Positions 18,736 to 27,476 of a DNA stretch of 64,000 bases are shown here, one piece after another. The notes under the pieces are model-generated. The model was given only the letters and a program-made list of their open reading frames with translations, searched no databases and was not told where the DNA came from. The translations under genes and the position numbers were made by a program. The DNA is from an uncultured Chthonomonadaceae bacterium. GTDB lineage: Bacteria > Armatimonadota > Chthonomonadetes > Chthonomonadales > Chthonomonadaceae. The stretch spans positions 640,001-704,000 of the forward strand of contig CAWFQB010000004.1 in the NCBI GenBank assembly GCA_963817895.1, read 5' to 3'. Every line of letters begins with the position of its first letter. Positions within the stretch are counted from its first letter, which is position 1.

Positions 18736-21594
18736 ATGGCACCTAAACTTACACTAACAAACCTCTTTTGTCTCCTGTTTAGCATTGCGTTGTTGCTTGC
18801 GAGTAGCATTATGAACGCCGCGCCCGTCACACAGGGACGCGAACGCCTGCTCATGGACAGTGGCTGGAAGTTCCATTTAGGCGATCCGGCGGGCAATGCG
18901 ACGCAAACACAGACCACGCGATTGCAATGGCGCTACAAGTCCGTAGCGCAGGGACAGGAGAATTTGGAAACGCCTGCCGCTCCCGATTTCCAGATGGATG
19001 AGGGCTGGAAAGACGCTGGCGTTTCGCAGGACGTGTTCAACGGGCGGCGCGGCTTCGCGTGGTATCGCGCCACGCTTCCCAACGTACCCGGCGTGACGCG
19101 GGTTCTGCATTTCGAGGGCGTGGATGACAACGCGACGGTTTATGTCAACGGCAAAAAGCTGCTGCATCACGAGGGCTACGACGAGCCGTTCAATGTGCCG
19201 CTTGCGGGCGTGTGGAAAGAGGGCGGGCCAAACGTCGTTGCTGTGCTGGTGGAAAATACGGCGGGCGCGGGCAGCATCGGCGCGGTTGGATTTCAGGAGA
19301 GCGAAGTCGCCGTAGACGAAACGTATTCCAAACCCGGTTTTCAGGACAGCGACTGGCGCAATGTCCACCTGCCGCATGACTTTGTCGTAGAAGGGAAGTT
19401 CACGCCCACTGCGGATGCCAGTCATGGGTCGCTGCCGACGGGAATCGGCTGGTATCGCAAAACGTTCACGGTTCCCGCTTCGGATAAAGACCGCGCCCTG
19501 TGGGTGGACTTCGACGGCATTTACCGCAACGCTTATATCTGGCTGAACGGCAAACTGCTCGGCAACCATAAGAGCGGCTACATCGGGGCGCATTACGACA
19601 TCAGCAGATTTGTGAATTACGGCGGTACGAACACGCTGGCAGTACGGGCGGACGCGCGGGCGCAGGAGGGCTGGTGGTACGAAGGCGGCGGCATCTACCG
19701 CCACGTCTGGCTGAACAAGGCCAATGTTGTCCATATTTTGCCGAACAGCATATACGTATCCTCACGGGTACAGGGCGACAGCGCAAACCCTGAAAGCGCG
19801 AATGTGCAAGTCAAATTTAAAATGTCAAGTTGGTATTATGGGGGGCCGCGCCGCATCAGCTATCAAATTCGCGCGGAAATACGAGCATCTGACAATTCTG
19901 ATACCAAAATTGTTGCCCGTGCTAGCGATTCTGGCACTGAAGCGGATGAGGAACCCGGATCAGTTCACAATCTGCAATTCACCATTCCGCATCCTCGTCT
20001 CTGGTCTCTCGAACAGCCAAATCTCTATCAAGTCGTCATCCGCATTCACCTCGACGAATACGATAATGCAGGAACAGGTAAGGCACGCGACGTTCTGGAT
20101 ACTACTTCGACGACATTTGGCATCCGCACCATCAAATTCGACGCGCAGAAGGGCTTTTTCCTGAACGGCAAGCCGGTCAAGATACAGGGGACGTGCAACC
20201 ATCAGGACTTTGCGGGCGTGGGCATCGCCATGCCGGACAGTCTGCTGGAATGGCGCGTGAAGAAACTCAAGGCAATGGGCAGCAACGCCTATCGTATGTC
20301 GCACAACCCGCCCGCGCCCGAACTGCTCGATGCCTGCGACCGGTTGGGCATGCTGGTCATGGACGAAACGCGGCATTTAGGCGACACCTACCGGCCTAAA
20401 ACCAGTCGTGGCACGCCCGTCAGCGATCTTGGCGACCTGAAAGAAATGGTGATGCGCGACCGCAACCATCCGAGCATCATTCAATGGTCACTGTTCAATG
20501 AGGAGGGCTTGCAGGGCAGTGACGAGGGCGCGCGTATCTTCAAAGCCATGAAGGAAGCCACGCTCGCGCTCGACCCGACCCGCCCCACGACGGGAGCCAT
20601 GAACGGCGGGTGGGGATACGGTATTACGTTTGTTGAAGATTTGCAGGGCATCAACTACGCCCCCGGAGCTTATGAGGGCTTTCACCAGAAGTTTCCCGAC
20701 ATGCCTTTGTTCGGCAGCGAAACGGCAAGCGCGGTGAATACGCGCGGCGAATACGTCACCGACCCGCAAAAAGGCTATGTCAGCGCATATGACGTGAACG
20801 CGCCGAGTTGGGGGCAAACGGCAGAAACGGCGTGGAAAGCTATCGGCACACGCGAATACGTAGCAGGCGGGTACGTGTGGACGGGATTCGATTACAAGGG
20901 CGAACCCACTCCCTACGGCTGGCCGTGCATCAACTCGCACTTCGGAATCATGGACGAGTGCGGCTTTCCCAAAGACACGTACTACTATTACCTCAGTTGG
21001 TGGGGCGACAAACCCGTCGCGCATATCCTGCCGCACTGGAATTGGCCGGGAGATGAGGGCAAACCTAAAGACGTGTGGATTCACAGCAACGCCGACCGGG
21101 TGGAACTGTTCCTGAACGGCGCGAGTTTGGGCGCAAAAGACATGCCGCGTTTGGGACACCTGCAATGGAGCGTCCCCTACGCCCCCGGCCAACTGGAAGC
21201 AAAGGGCTACAAAGACGGCAAAACTATTGTAACCGATGTGGTAGAAACGACGGGCAAGGCCACGCAAATCCGCCTCAAACCGGATCGCAAAACCATGACC
21301 GCGAACGGCGAAGAGGTCATCATGGTAGAAACGGAACTGCTCGACGACAAAGGCCGCGTGGTTCCCGATGCCGACAACGAAGTAATGTTTGAGGTGACGG
21401 GCGCGGCGCATATCGGCGGCGTCGGCAACGGCGATCCGAGCAGCCACGAACCCGACAAAGCCAACAAACGCCACGCCTTTCACGGCCTGTGCATGGCCGT
21501 CGTACAGGCATCCGAGCAGCCCGGTTCCGTGCAGGTCACAGCCACGTCCCCCGGCCTGAAACCCGCCAACGCCACCTTACAGACAAAGAAGTGA
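18736..21594 (+). CDS. GH2 beta-galactosidase-like enzyme, secreted, with extra N-terminal sugar-binding domain
   Basis: GIGWYRK, CNHQD, AYRMSHNP, RDRNHPSIIQWSLFNEE, GYVWTGFDYKGEP. Confidence 0.93.
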   Translation: MAPKLTLTNLFCLLFSIALLLASSIMNAAPVTQGRERLLMDSGWKFHLGDPAGNATQTQTTRLQWRYKSVAQGQENLETPAAPDFQMDEGWKDAGVSQDVFNGRRGFAWYRATLPNVPGVTRVLHFEGVDDNATVYVNGKKLLHHEGYDEPFNVPLAGVWKEGGPNVVAVLVENTAGAGSIGAVGFQESEVAVDETYSKPGFQDSDWRNVHLPHDFVVEGKFTPTADASHGSLPTGIGWYRKTFTVPASDKDRALWVDFDGIYRNAYIWLNGKLLGNHKSGYIGAHYDISRFVNYGGTNTLAVRADARAQEGWWYEGGGIYRHVWLNKANVVHILPNSIYVSSRVQGDSANPESANVQVKFKMSSWYYGGPRRISYQIRAEIRASDNSDTKIVARASDSGTEADEEPGSVHNLQFTIPHPRLWSLEQPNLYQVVIRIHLDEYDNAGTGKARDVLDTTSTTFGIRTIKFDAQKGFFLNGKPVKIQGTCNHQDFAGVGIAMPDSLLEWRVKKLKAMGSNAYRMSHNPPAPELLDACDRLGMLVMDETRHLGDTYRPKTSRGTPVSDLGDLKEMVMRDRNHPSIIQWSLFNEEGLQGSDEGARIFKAMKEATLALDPTRPTTGAMNGGWGYGITFVEDLQGINYAPGAYEGFHQKFPDMPLFGSETASAVNTRGEYVTDPQKGYVSAYDVNAPSWGQTAETAWKAIGTREYVAGGYVWTGFDYKGEPTPYGWPCINSHFGIMDECGFPKDTYYYYLSWWGDKPVAHILPHWNWPGDEGKPKDVWIHSNADRVELFLNGASLGAKDMPRLGHLQWSVPYAPGQLEAKGYKDGKTIVTDVVETTGKATQIRLKPDRKTMTANGEEVIMVETELLDDKGRVVPDADNEVMFEVTGAAHIGGVGNGDPSSHEPDKANKRHAFHGLCMAVVQASEQPGSVQVTATSPGLKPANATLQTKK

Positions 21595-21619
21595 CAGGTA
21601 AATCGGGCGAGCAGTAGCA

Positions 21620-21648
21620 TTGACAGAGTAGATATTTGCCGTTATAAT
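21620..21648 (+). promoter_or_regulatory. Perfect-consensus sigma70 promoter
   Basis: TTGACA-N17-TATAAT, about 70 bp upstream of the cyclase pair. Confidence 0.8.
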
Positions 21649-21720
21649 GCTCTTATATCCCTCTATTTGCAGGGACATAGAAGTTATAACTACACAACTT
21701 CTGCTTGATGAGGCGCTGAC

Positions 21721-22293
21721 ATGACTACTGACATAGAAATCACCGCGCGGCCACATACCTCCGCGCCAACTCGTCTCATGGCAATTGTGATCGCGGATAT
21801 AGTTGGTTCCACGCGTTTAAGTTACGAAGCAGGCGATCTGGCATTGCATACGGGAATTGGTCAACTGCTTGCGCGTGTCTCTCATCTTTTGGAGATTCAT
21901 TCAGGCCGATTAATCAAGGATATAGGCGATGGCTTCTTCGCCGTGTTCGAGGATTCTGCCGCTGCCACAGAGTTTGCTGCCGAACTGCTGCAAACTCTTG
22001 ATCGGGAGCCTATTCTCGTTGGAAATAATAAGATTAGTTTAAGGATGGGATTGCATGTAGGGAGAGGGCAACTGCAACAAACTTCGTATGGGGTGGATGT
22101 GTTCGGGGCATCCGTAGAATTAGCGGCCCGCTTGAATACATACGCGCCTCCCGGGCAACTCGTTGTGTCGAAAACCGCTTTTGACACATTGCCCGATAAT
22201 CTGCAAGCCTCCTTTCAGCCAATAGGAGAACTTTTCCTCAAGGGCGTCGCAACTGCAATTCAGGCGTATGTGTTGACAAAGACGGGAGAGTAG
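21721..22293 (+). CDS. Stand-alone class III adenylate/guanylate cyclase domain protein
   Basis: ADIVGST, IKDIGDG, LRMGLHVG, DVFG..VELAARL, LKG. Confidence 0.9.
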   Translation: MTTDIEITARPHTSAPTRLMAIVIADIVGSTRLSYEAGDLALHTGIGQLLARVSHLLEIHSGRLIKDIGDGFFAVFEDSAAATEFAAELLQTLDREPILVGNNKISLRMGLHVGRGQLQQTSYGVDVFGASVELAARLNTYAPPGQLVVSKTAFDTLPDNLQASFQPIGELFLKGVATAIQAYVLTKTGE

Positions 22294-22299
22294 TCTGCA

Positions 22300-22950
22300 A
22301 TGCCGCCTGATACTGTGGACGTTCCCGAAGTAGCGACAGAAGCTATTGTTATTGTAGATTTAGTCGAGTCGGCGTCTACGAGTAATTTATTTGGATGGTA
22401 TGCGGTTGGCCGCTCTTTGATGCGTGACCTGCGTGGTATGATCCATGAAGTAGGCGATGCGCGGGGGCTTCAGTGCCTGAAGAGTATAGGCGATGGGTAC
22501 TTGCTTGCCTTTCGAGCTAACTCCTCTGCGGAGTTAGCTGTTCTTCATGCCATAGAAAGCGCCTTGCTGCTTCTGGACTTGGTCTCGAAGCGCAATCGCG
22601 CGGTTCCAGAAGAACGTGTTATTAATTTGCGATTAGCGGTTCATTTTGGTGAAGTGGATGTTATCGCCAACGACCGCGAAGGGCCGCATGTCACGTATGC
22701 TTTTCGTCTCGAATCCATTGATAGAGATGCGCTTGCCGACGCGTTCAACCCAATTCCTCCTGAAGATTTGCCCTTGCGAAACTATATCCTGTGCAGTGAA
22801 GAGGCAGCCGGTATTCTGGAAAGGCGTTCCTCCCTGTACGCGATTACGCGCATTGGATTGTTAAAGTTACAAGGATTCCCCGGCTGGCGCGAAGTCTTTT
22901 TGGTACTGCCGATACATAGCAATGTATACACGCCTGAGTCTGCTATTTGA
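22300..22950 (+). CDS. Second, divergent class III cyclase domain protein
   Basis: VDLVES, LKSIGDG, LRLAVHFGEV, DREG..VTYAFRL, LQG. Confidence 0.85.
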   Translation: MPPDTVDVPEVATEAIVIVDLVESASTSNLFGWYAVGRSLMRDLRGMIHEVGDARGLQCLKSIGDGYLLAFRANSSAELAVLHAIESALLLLDLVSKRNRAVPEERVINLRLAVHFGEVDVIANDREGPHVTYAFRLESIDRDALADAFNPIPPEDLPLRNYILCSEEAAGILERRSSLYAITRIGLLKLQGFPGWREVFLVLPIHSNVYTPESAI

Positions 22951-23131
22951 TTAATGTACCTCTTGAAGACATCGGCAGGTTCCAGAGAACGGAAAAGCAA
23001 GGCGCATCGCGTTGTACCCGCGTCTATGGAACCTGCCGCGCAATTTTCCGAGTAACGCCGCGTGGTTCCCGACGCCGACAACGTAGGTGTTCATCGCGGA
23101 AAACTGCAATGAGCCAAAGAAGGCATAAACC

Positions 23132-23616
23132 ATGTCTGTTACGGATAAATTGCGTTCTGCTGTTATGAAGGTACAACAAGGAAGCCGCGTACAACGAGAG
23201 TTGTACGTTGCTATACCGTTTGAAGCAGCGTTTGCAATGTGTCTGGAAGCGGTTCAGGCGATCTCCGGCTGTTCGATTAAAGCGCAGAGTCCACAGGCAG
23301 GTGTAATATGGGCTATTACGCGCGTAAACTGGCAAACTTTCGGGGATACGATTACATTGAAGCTCACCGCGTTGGATGATGGGCAAACGCGGGTAGATAT
23401 TAGCAGCAACACAACTCTGTATCAATTCATAGATTATGGACGTAACGCGGGACACATACGTGCGATTACAAGCCATTTGAATAGGGAGCAGGAAACGCTG
23501 TTGCGCCACGCCGATAAACCGGAAGCTGCCGGGGTAACGCTGTTGCGCGCCGCGCAGGCGCAAACGTCTACTGCGCCGCGCGAATTGCTGCCTCTGCTGA
23601 CAATGAGAACGTTTGA
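23132..23616 (+). CDS. DUF1499-like alpha/beta protein with triple-LLR tail (1-bp deletion near 23591)
   Basis: TFGDTI..TRVDISS..DYGRN core; LLRHA..LLRAA..ELL; adding one G gives ELLRSADNENV* ending at 23616 (uncorrected ORF ends 23671). Confidence 0.7.
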
Positions 23617-23707
23617 TGGGCGTTGGCATAGCAGAAGGCATACTGTAGACCTCTTTCATAAGTCCTTGTAAGCGCGGCAGGTCTTATCTCATTCAAGAGA
23701 CTTATGA

Positions 23708-25132
23708 CAGTATCTTTGCACTTTTGGGTTCAGGCCGCCAAGAGTAGCTGCACCTGCTCTGGCGTGGTTCCTTGTTGGTAGTGGTCGAATACCCATTGCA
23801 GCAGATTGTTCTGGTGTTGTGCCTGTATTTGGCGTCTCATGTGTCCGATACTGACACTTTGCTGTCTGTTCTCAACCCTCGGCTTCGGTAGAGAGGCGCG
23901 TTGTTCTTCCAGAAACACGTAGGCCAGACACGCAAGCGTCCAGAAGCGCACGACGGCAACATCGCTCATCATCTGGTAGTGGTCGGTGCCGAAGAGTTCC
24001 TTGACATCGGCAAAGAACGTCTCGATGTGCCAGCGGACGGCGATAATGGCAACAAGCGTTGGGGTGTCCGCGTCTACCAGACTGCTGACGTAGAAGGTTG
24101 TCTTGTGCGGCGGATCCTCCAGGTGACGCTTCACGCACAGCACTTGACACGCGCCTAACTTGCGCACCAGCGTTCGCCGCCGATGCACCCAGAGAACCTG
24201 CCCGCCCGTGTCCGAAGGCCAGACCACCTTCTCGAACTGCTCGTCCGTCACAGATGCGGCGTAAACCGACAGCTTTTGCCAGACTTTGTTTTCCTGCGCG
24301 TCCGTCACGCGCAGACTGCGGTTGCAGGCTAGACCGCCGCTGAGGTCGAAGCCGCGTTGCTTGGCCGCTTTCCACAGCGCTTTGTTCATGTACCACGCAT
24401 CTACCAGCGCATGCGTGTGCGTGTCGGGGGCAGGGACAAAGGTTTGCACACACGAAACCGCCATCGCGACCTTGCTCACGAACGGCGTTTCTTGCGCTTG
24501 GCACACGTTCTTGGTCCGGTACATACGTGGCAGCAAGGGACAACGCCTGCCAACAAGCACATACAACGCTTGGAACAGGCTATGCCCGCTCACCCGCTTG
24601 CCGTGTGTGCTGCTGTGGTGACGCCCTAAACCGCGCATCGTTTTGGCATACGGCTTGGCATGGGTGCTGTCATCCATAATCAGGTAACCGGTGAGCAGGG
24701 TTGCCTTCGGACGACCGGGCGCTTTGCCGCGCTGTTGTCGTTGGTGTTGATGCGCGTACTGAACGCTTGCTTGCTGCTGTTGCCGAAAACGGGCTTGCCA
24801 CTGCTCTGCTAAAGCGGCTTCGCTCCACGGCGCACGGGCAAAGAAGCGCGACAGTCCGGCTAAAGTGACACTGCATTGCACTTTGTGCAACATTCCTGAG
24901 AGTGTGCGTCGGCCTTCGACTTGCATGAGCGCCAGCAGTACGGTTTCGAGGTACTTGAACTGAGGCTTGCTGAACACGCAACGAAATGCGGCTAGGAATT
25001 GACAAAGTGCCTGACTTGCGCAGATAATAGGAGTGGGCATGGTTTTCCTCGGGAATGGATGGTTGGCACTTTCCATTTTCCACAAAGAAAGCCATGTCCG
25101 CTACCCCTTCTTCAAAAAGTGCAAAGATACTG
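23708..25132 (-). mobile_element. Complete IS701-like insertion sequence
   Basis: Perfect 18-bp TIRs CAGTATCTTTGCACTTTT (23708-23725) and AAAAGTGCAAAGATACTG (25115-25132); flanking direct repeat TTATGA (alternatively 19-bp TIR with TATG). Confidence 0.92.
23730..25085 (-). CDS. DDE transposase (IS701/DDE_5-like)
   Basis: LIMDDST, LVDAWY, RWHIETFFADVKE; single intact ORF between the TIRs. Confidence 0.9.
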   Translation of the reverse strand: MWKMESANHPFPRKTMPTPIICASQALCQFLAAFRCVFSKPQFKYLETVLLALMQVEGRRTLSGMLHKVQCSVTLAGLSRFFARAPWSEAALAEQWQARFRQQQQASVQYAHQHQRQQRGKAPGRPKATLLTGYLIMDDSTHAKPYAKTMRGLGRHHSSTHGKRVSGHSLFQALYVLVGRRCPLLPRMYRTKNVCQAQETPFVSKVAMAVSCVQTFVPAPDTHTHALVDAWYMNKALWKAAKQRGFDLSGGLACNRSLRVTDAQENKVWQKLSVYAASVTDEQFEKVVWPSDTGGQVLWVHRRRTLVRKLGACQVLCVKRHLEDPPHKTTFYVSSLVDADTPTLVAIIAVRWHIETFFADVKELFGTDHYQMMSDVAVVRFWTLACLAYVFLEEQRASLPKPRVENRQQSVSIGHMRRQIQAQHQNNLLQWVFDHYQQGTTPEQVQLLLAA

Positions 25133-25165
25133 TTATGAAAGAGATCTTGTGTATGAGGAGACAGA

Positions 25166-25675
25166 ATGGAACCAAAAACCGAACTGGAACTGTGCCGGAT
25201 GCTTCTGATTATGCACCTGCGCGGGTTTGTGTATGAACTGCGGCAACTGCCTGCCGATAAATGGGATTGGACGCCCGATCAGGCCGCGCCCACTGCCCGA
25301 ACGGTTGCGGTACATGCGTGGCAATGGCTGATTTGCGACCGACAGCACATTGAGGAACCGGACGCGACAAAACACGCCGATGTGCCGGATGCGCCCCACG
25401 ACCCGGAAGCGTTTTGCGCCGCGTTCGAGGCGGAAACGGAGAACTGGAACCAACTATTGCGCAATCTGACGCCGGAACAACTGGACAGCCCCCGCAAACA
25501 GTTCAATTTTGCAGACTCCAGGATGAACGTGCGCGGCTTTATCGGCCATATCATTCAGAACACCATTTACAAGCACGGACAATTCAGCACCCTGTTTTTC
25601 GCGCTCGGCTGCGATGGCACGGAACCTTACGACGCGCCGTTCCCCAATCCCATCTATGCGGAGCATTGCCGCTGA
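25166..25675 (+). CDS. DinB-family protein
   Basis: WDWTP..VAVH and HIIQNTIYKHGQ; GAGGAG RBS. Confidence 0.8.
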   Translation: MEPKTELELCRMLLIMHLRGFVYELRQLPADKWDWTPDQAAPTARTVAVHAWQWLICDRQHIEEPDATKHADVPDAPHDPEAFCAAFEAETENWNQLLRNLTPEQLDSPRKQFNFADSRMNVRGFIGHIIQNTIYKHGQFSTLFFALGCDGTEPYDAPFPNPIYAEHCR

Positions 25676-25678
25676 AAA

Positions 25679-26533
25679 TCACGCTTGCGTTTCTTCTTGT
25701 TCAGATTGGGACGCCCGCAATAACTGTTGGGGGCGTTCCGTGTTTGTGGGGTGAGTGGCGCGTAAGAGAGTTTCGGGTTGGGAGGTAGGCATATCGGCTG
25801 CGCGAAGAAGGGTTTCCGGCACTTCCTGCCGCAGCAGACGGGCTTCCATAATGGGAGCAAGTTCCAGCGCCTTCCAGCTTATGCGCTGATGTTGGGCGTA
25901 TGTGCAGATGGTTGCGCCGAGGGCTTGCATCTGTCGCAGGGAATTGCGATTGCCGATGAGCGCGAGCGCCTGTAACGTGCGCAGGGGCAATGTCTCGTCA
26001 AAGTGTTCGCCGGAATACAGCGAAGGCACAGCCAGCCTCCAAAGCATCTCCTGCATCCTGCCGTTCAACAACCCGGCGTCCGCTTCCCTAACATGTTCGA
26101 GCAGCCGGGTAATAGCGCGTATAACTTCGGGATGCTTGCCCCATGCGAACCGCGTTCCCTGTATCAAGGCGGGCAGAACGCGCAGATCGTCGGTTTGGGT
26201 CAGAGCATAAGTGGCGAGACGCTGCCCCGGCCCCGGATCGTAGATAAAGGCGCCAAGTAATACCAACGCCATACTGATAGGGAATAAGGCGGCAACAAGC
26301 GAAGCACATCCTAAAAAAATTGCGAACGCGCCAAAGAAAATGAGAAGATACCCTGCAATTTTGGGGCGCAACGTTTCTTCCGTCGCAATGTATTCCAGCA
26401 ATGCCGTAATCGTACGCGGGTCAAGTTCGTACAGTTCGGGTTCGGAAGGCCAGTCGCGTTTCAAGTGATGCAGTCGGCGTATCAACTCTTTTGCGCCGGA
26501 TTGTCCTATTACTTTGGGTAGGTTCTGCGGCAT
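25679..26533 (-). CDS. 2-TM + HEAT-like protein with triple-LLR tail
   Basis: ALTQTDDLRVLPALI; LLRAA..LLRAT..LLRAS; paralog of 27473..28321. Confidence 0.85.
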   Translation of the reverse strand: MPQNLPKVIGQSGAKELIRRLHHLKRDWPSEPELYELDPRTITALLEYIATEETLRPKIAGYLLIFFGAFAIFLGCASLVAALFPISMALVLLGAFIYDPGPGQRLATYALTQTDDLRVLPALIQGTRFAWGKHPEVIRAITRLLEHVREADAGLLNGRMQEMLWRLAVPSLYSGEHFDETLPLRTLQALALIGNRNSLRQMQALGATICTYAQHQRISWKALELAPIMEARLLRQEVPETLLRAADMPTSQPETLLRATHPTNTERPQQLLRASQSEQEETQA

Positions 26534-26576
26534 TGCGGTTCCTGGAAGCGCGGCGTTGGCGCAGGGAGAAAACAGT

Positions 26577-27476
26577 TCAGGCGGGCATGTCGGCGTTGTC
26601 GGCACTGGTGGCGCGAAGCAATTCTCCCGCTGAAGTATCCTGTCGTTCCTCAGACGAACGCAAGAGGCTTTCAACGGCTTCGGGTTTGCGCTCAGGCCGC
26701 AGCAACACGTCTTTGCCCTCCTTCTTCGCGATACGCTCTTGAATTACCTGCGCGCAACGTTCGGCAACTACTCTCGGCTCATTCAGAAGCGACCCGTTTT
26801 CGAGAAAGCGTTCTACGTCAGGTAAGTCTCGTTTGTCGCCTACCTGCTCCAGCAGACGCAGTATCGAAAAAGCGCGTTCCGGCGTGTAAGCAGGTGTCTT
26901 AATTTCTGTAGAATTCATGGGAAACAGAAAACTGCGCATCCGTTCGCGTTGGCGCGTATTCAAGGCGTCTACATTCGCAGTCTGCATCAGGGGGAGCAGG
27001 CGCACAACGGCCTCATTTACCGACAGGATAAGGCTGGAATAAACATGGCCGGGATGCTCATCGGCATCTTTAAGTTCAAGTATGGGGCCGAGCATAATTG
27101 GGTCGCAGGTTTTCAGGATGTAGCGAGCAAGCTGTTGTTCAACTTTAATATCTTGACGCGCATAAGCGGTAAATAGGCTCGTTATCAGCATAAGAGCGCC
27201 GACGATGAGAAATGAACACCAGATAAGCGTAATCGGACCGCCAAAGATTATCCGTAGTTGGATTACAACGAATGAAATAAAGAATGAGTAAACGGTCATG
27301 TGTGCCAGAGCGATAAAATGGCTGGTATTGCGCCGTACCCGCGCCACGAGTACCCGGAACTCATCAGGAGTGAGCAGGGGAGTTTCGGCATGTTGTTCGG
27401 CTGCGGATGGAGATGACGGCTGCATGGCGTAGTATTCCGCGCGTAATCGTGATTCCTGTTGAGGGTAGAAACTCAC
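26577..27476 (-). CDS. 2-TM + HEAT-like protein with triple-LLR tail
   Basis: LEQVGDKRDLPDVERF; LLRPE..LLRSS..LLRAT. Confidence 0.85.
   Translation of the reverse strand: MSFYPQQESRLRAEYYAMQPSSPSAAEQHAETPLLTPDEFRVLVARVRRNTSHFIALAHMTVYSFFISFVVIQLRIIFGGPITLIWCSFLIVGALMLITSLFTAYARQDIKVEQQLARYILKTCDPIMLGPILELKDADEHPGHVYSSLILSVNEAVVRLLPLMQTANVDALNTRQRERMRSFLFPMNSTEIKTPAYTPERAFSILRLLEQVGDKRDLPDVERFLENGSLLNEPRVVAERCAQVIQERIAKKEGKDVLLRPERKPEAVESLLRSSEERQDTSAGELLRATSADNADMPA

Noticed and set aside
16913..18742. 609-aa minus-strand ORF and many other long antisense ORFs
   Set aside because: Shadow frames of well-supported genes in high-GC DNA; no motifs
21721..22950. Pycsar or CBASS defence system
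   Set aside because: No adjacent cNMP-binding TM/TIR effector or CD-NTase motifs; kept only as an open cyclase-pair finding
22972..23038. 12-bp inverted repeat cggcaggttcca / tggaacctgccg after the cyclases
   Set aside because: Single copy, long loop, no U-tract; function not assignable
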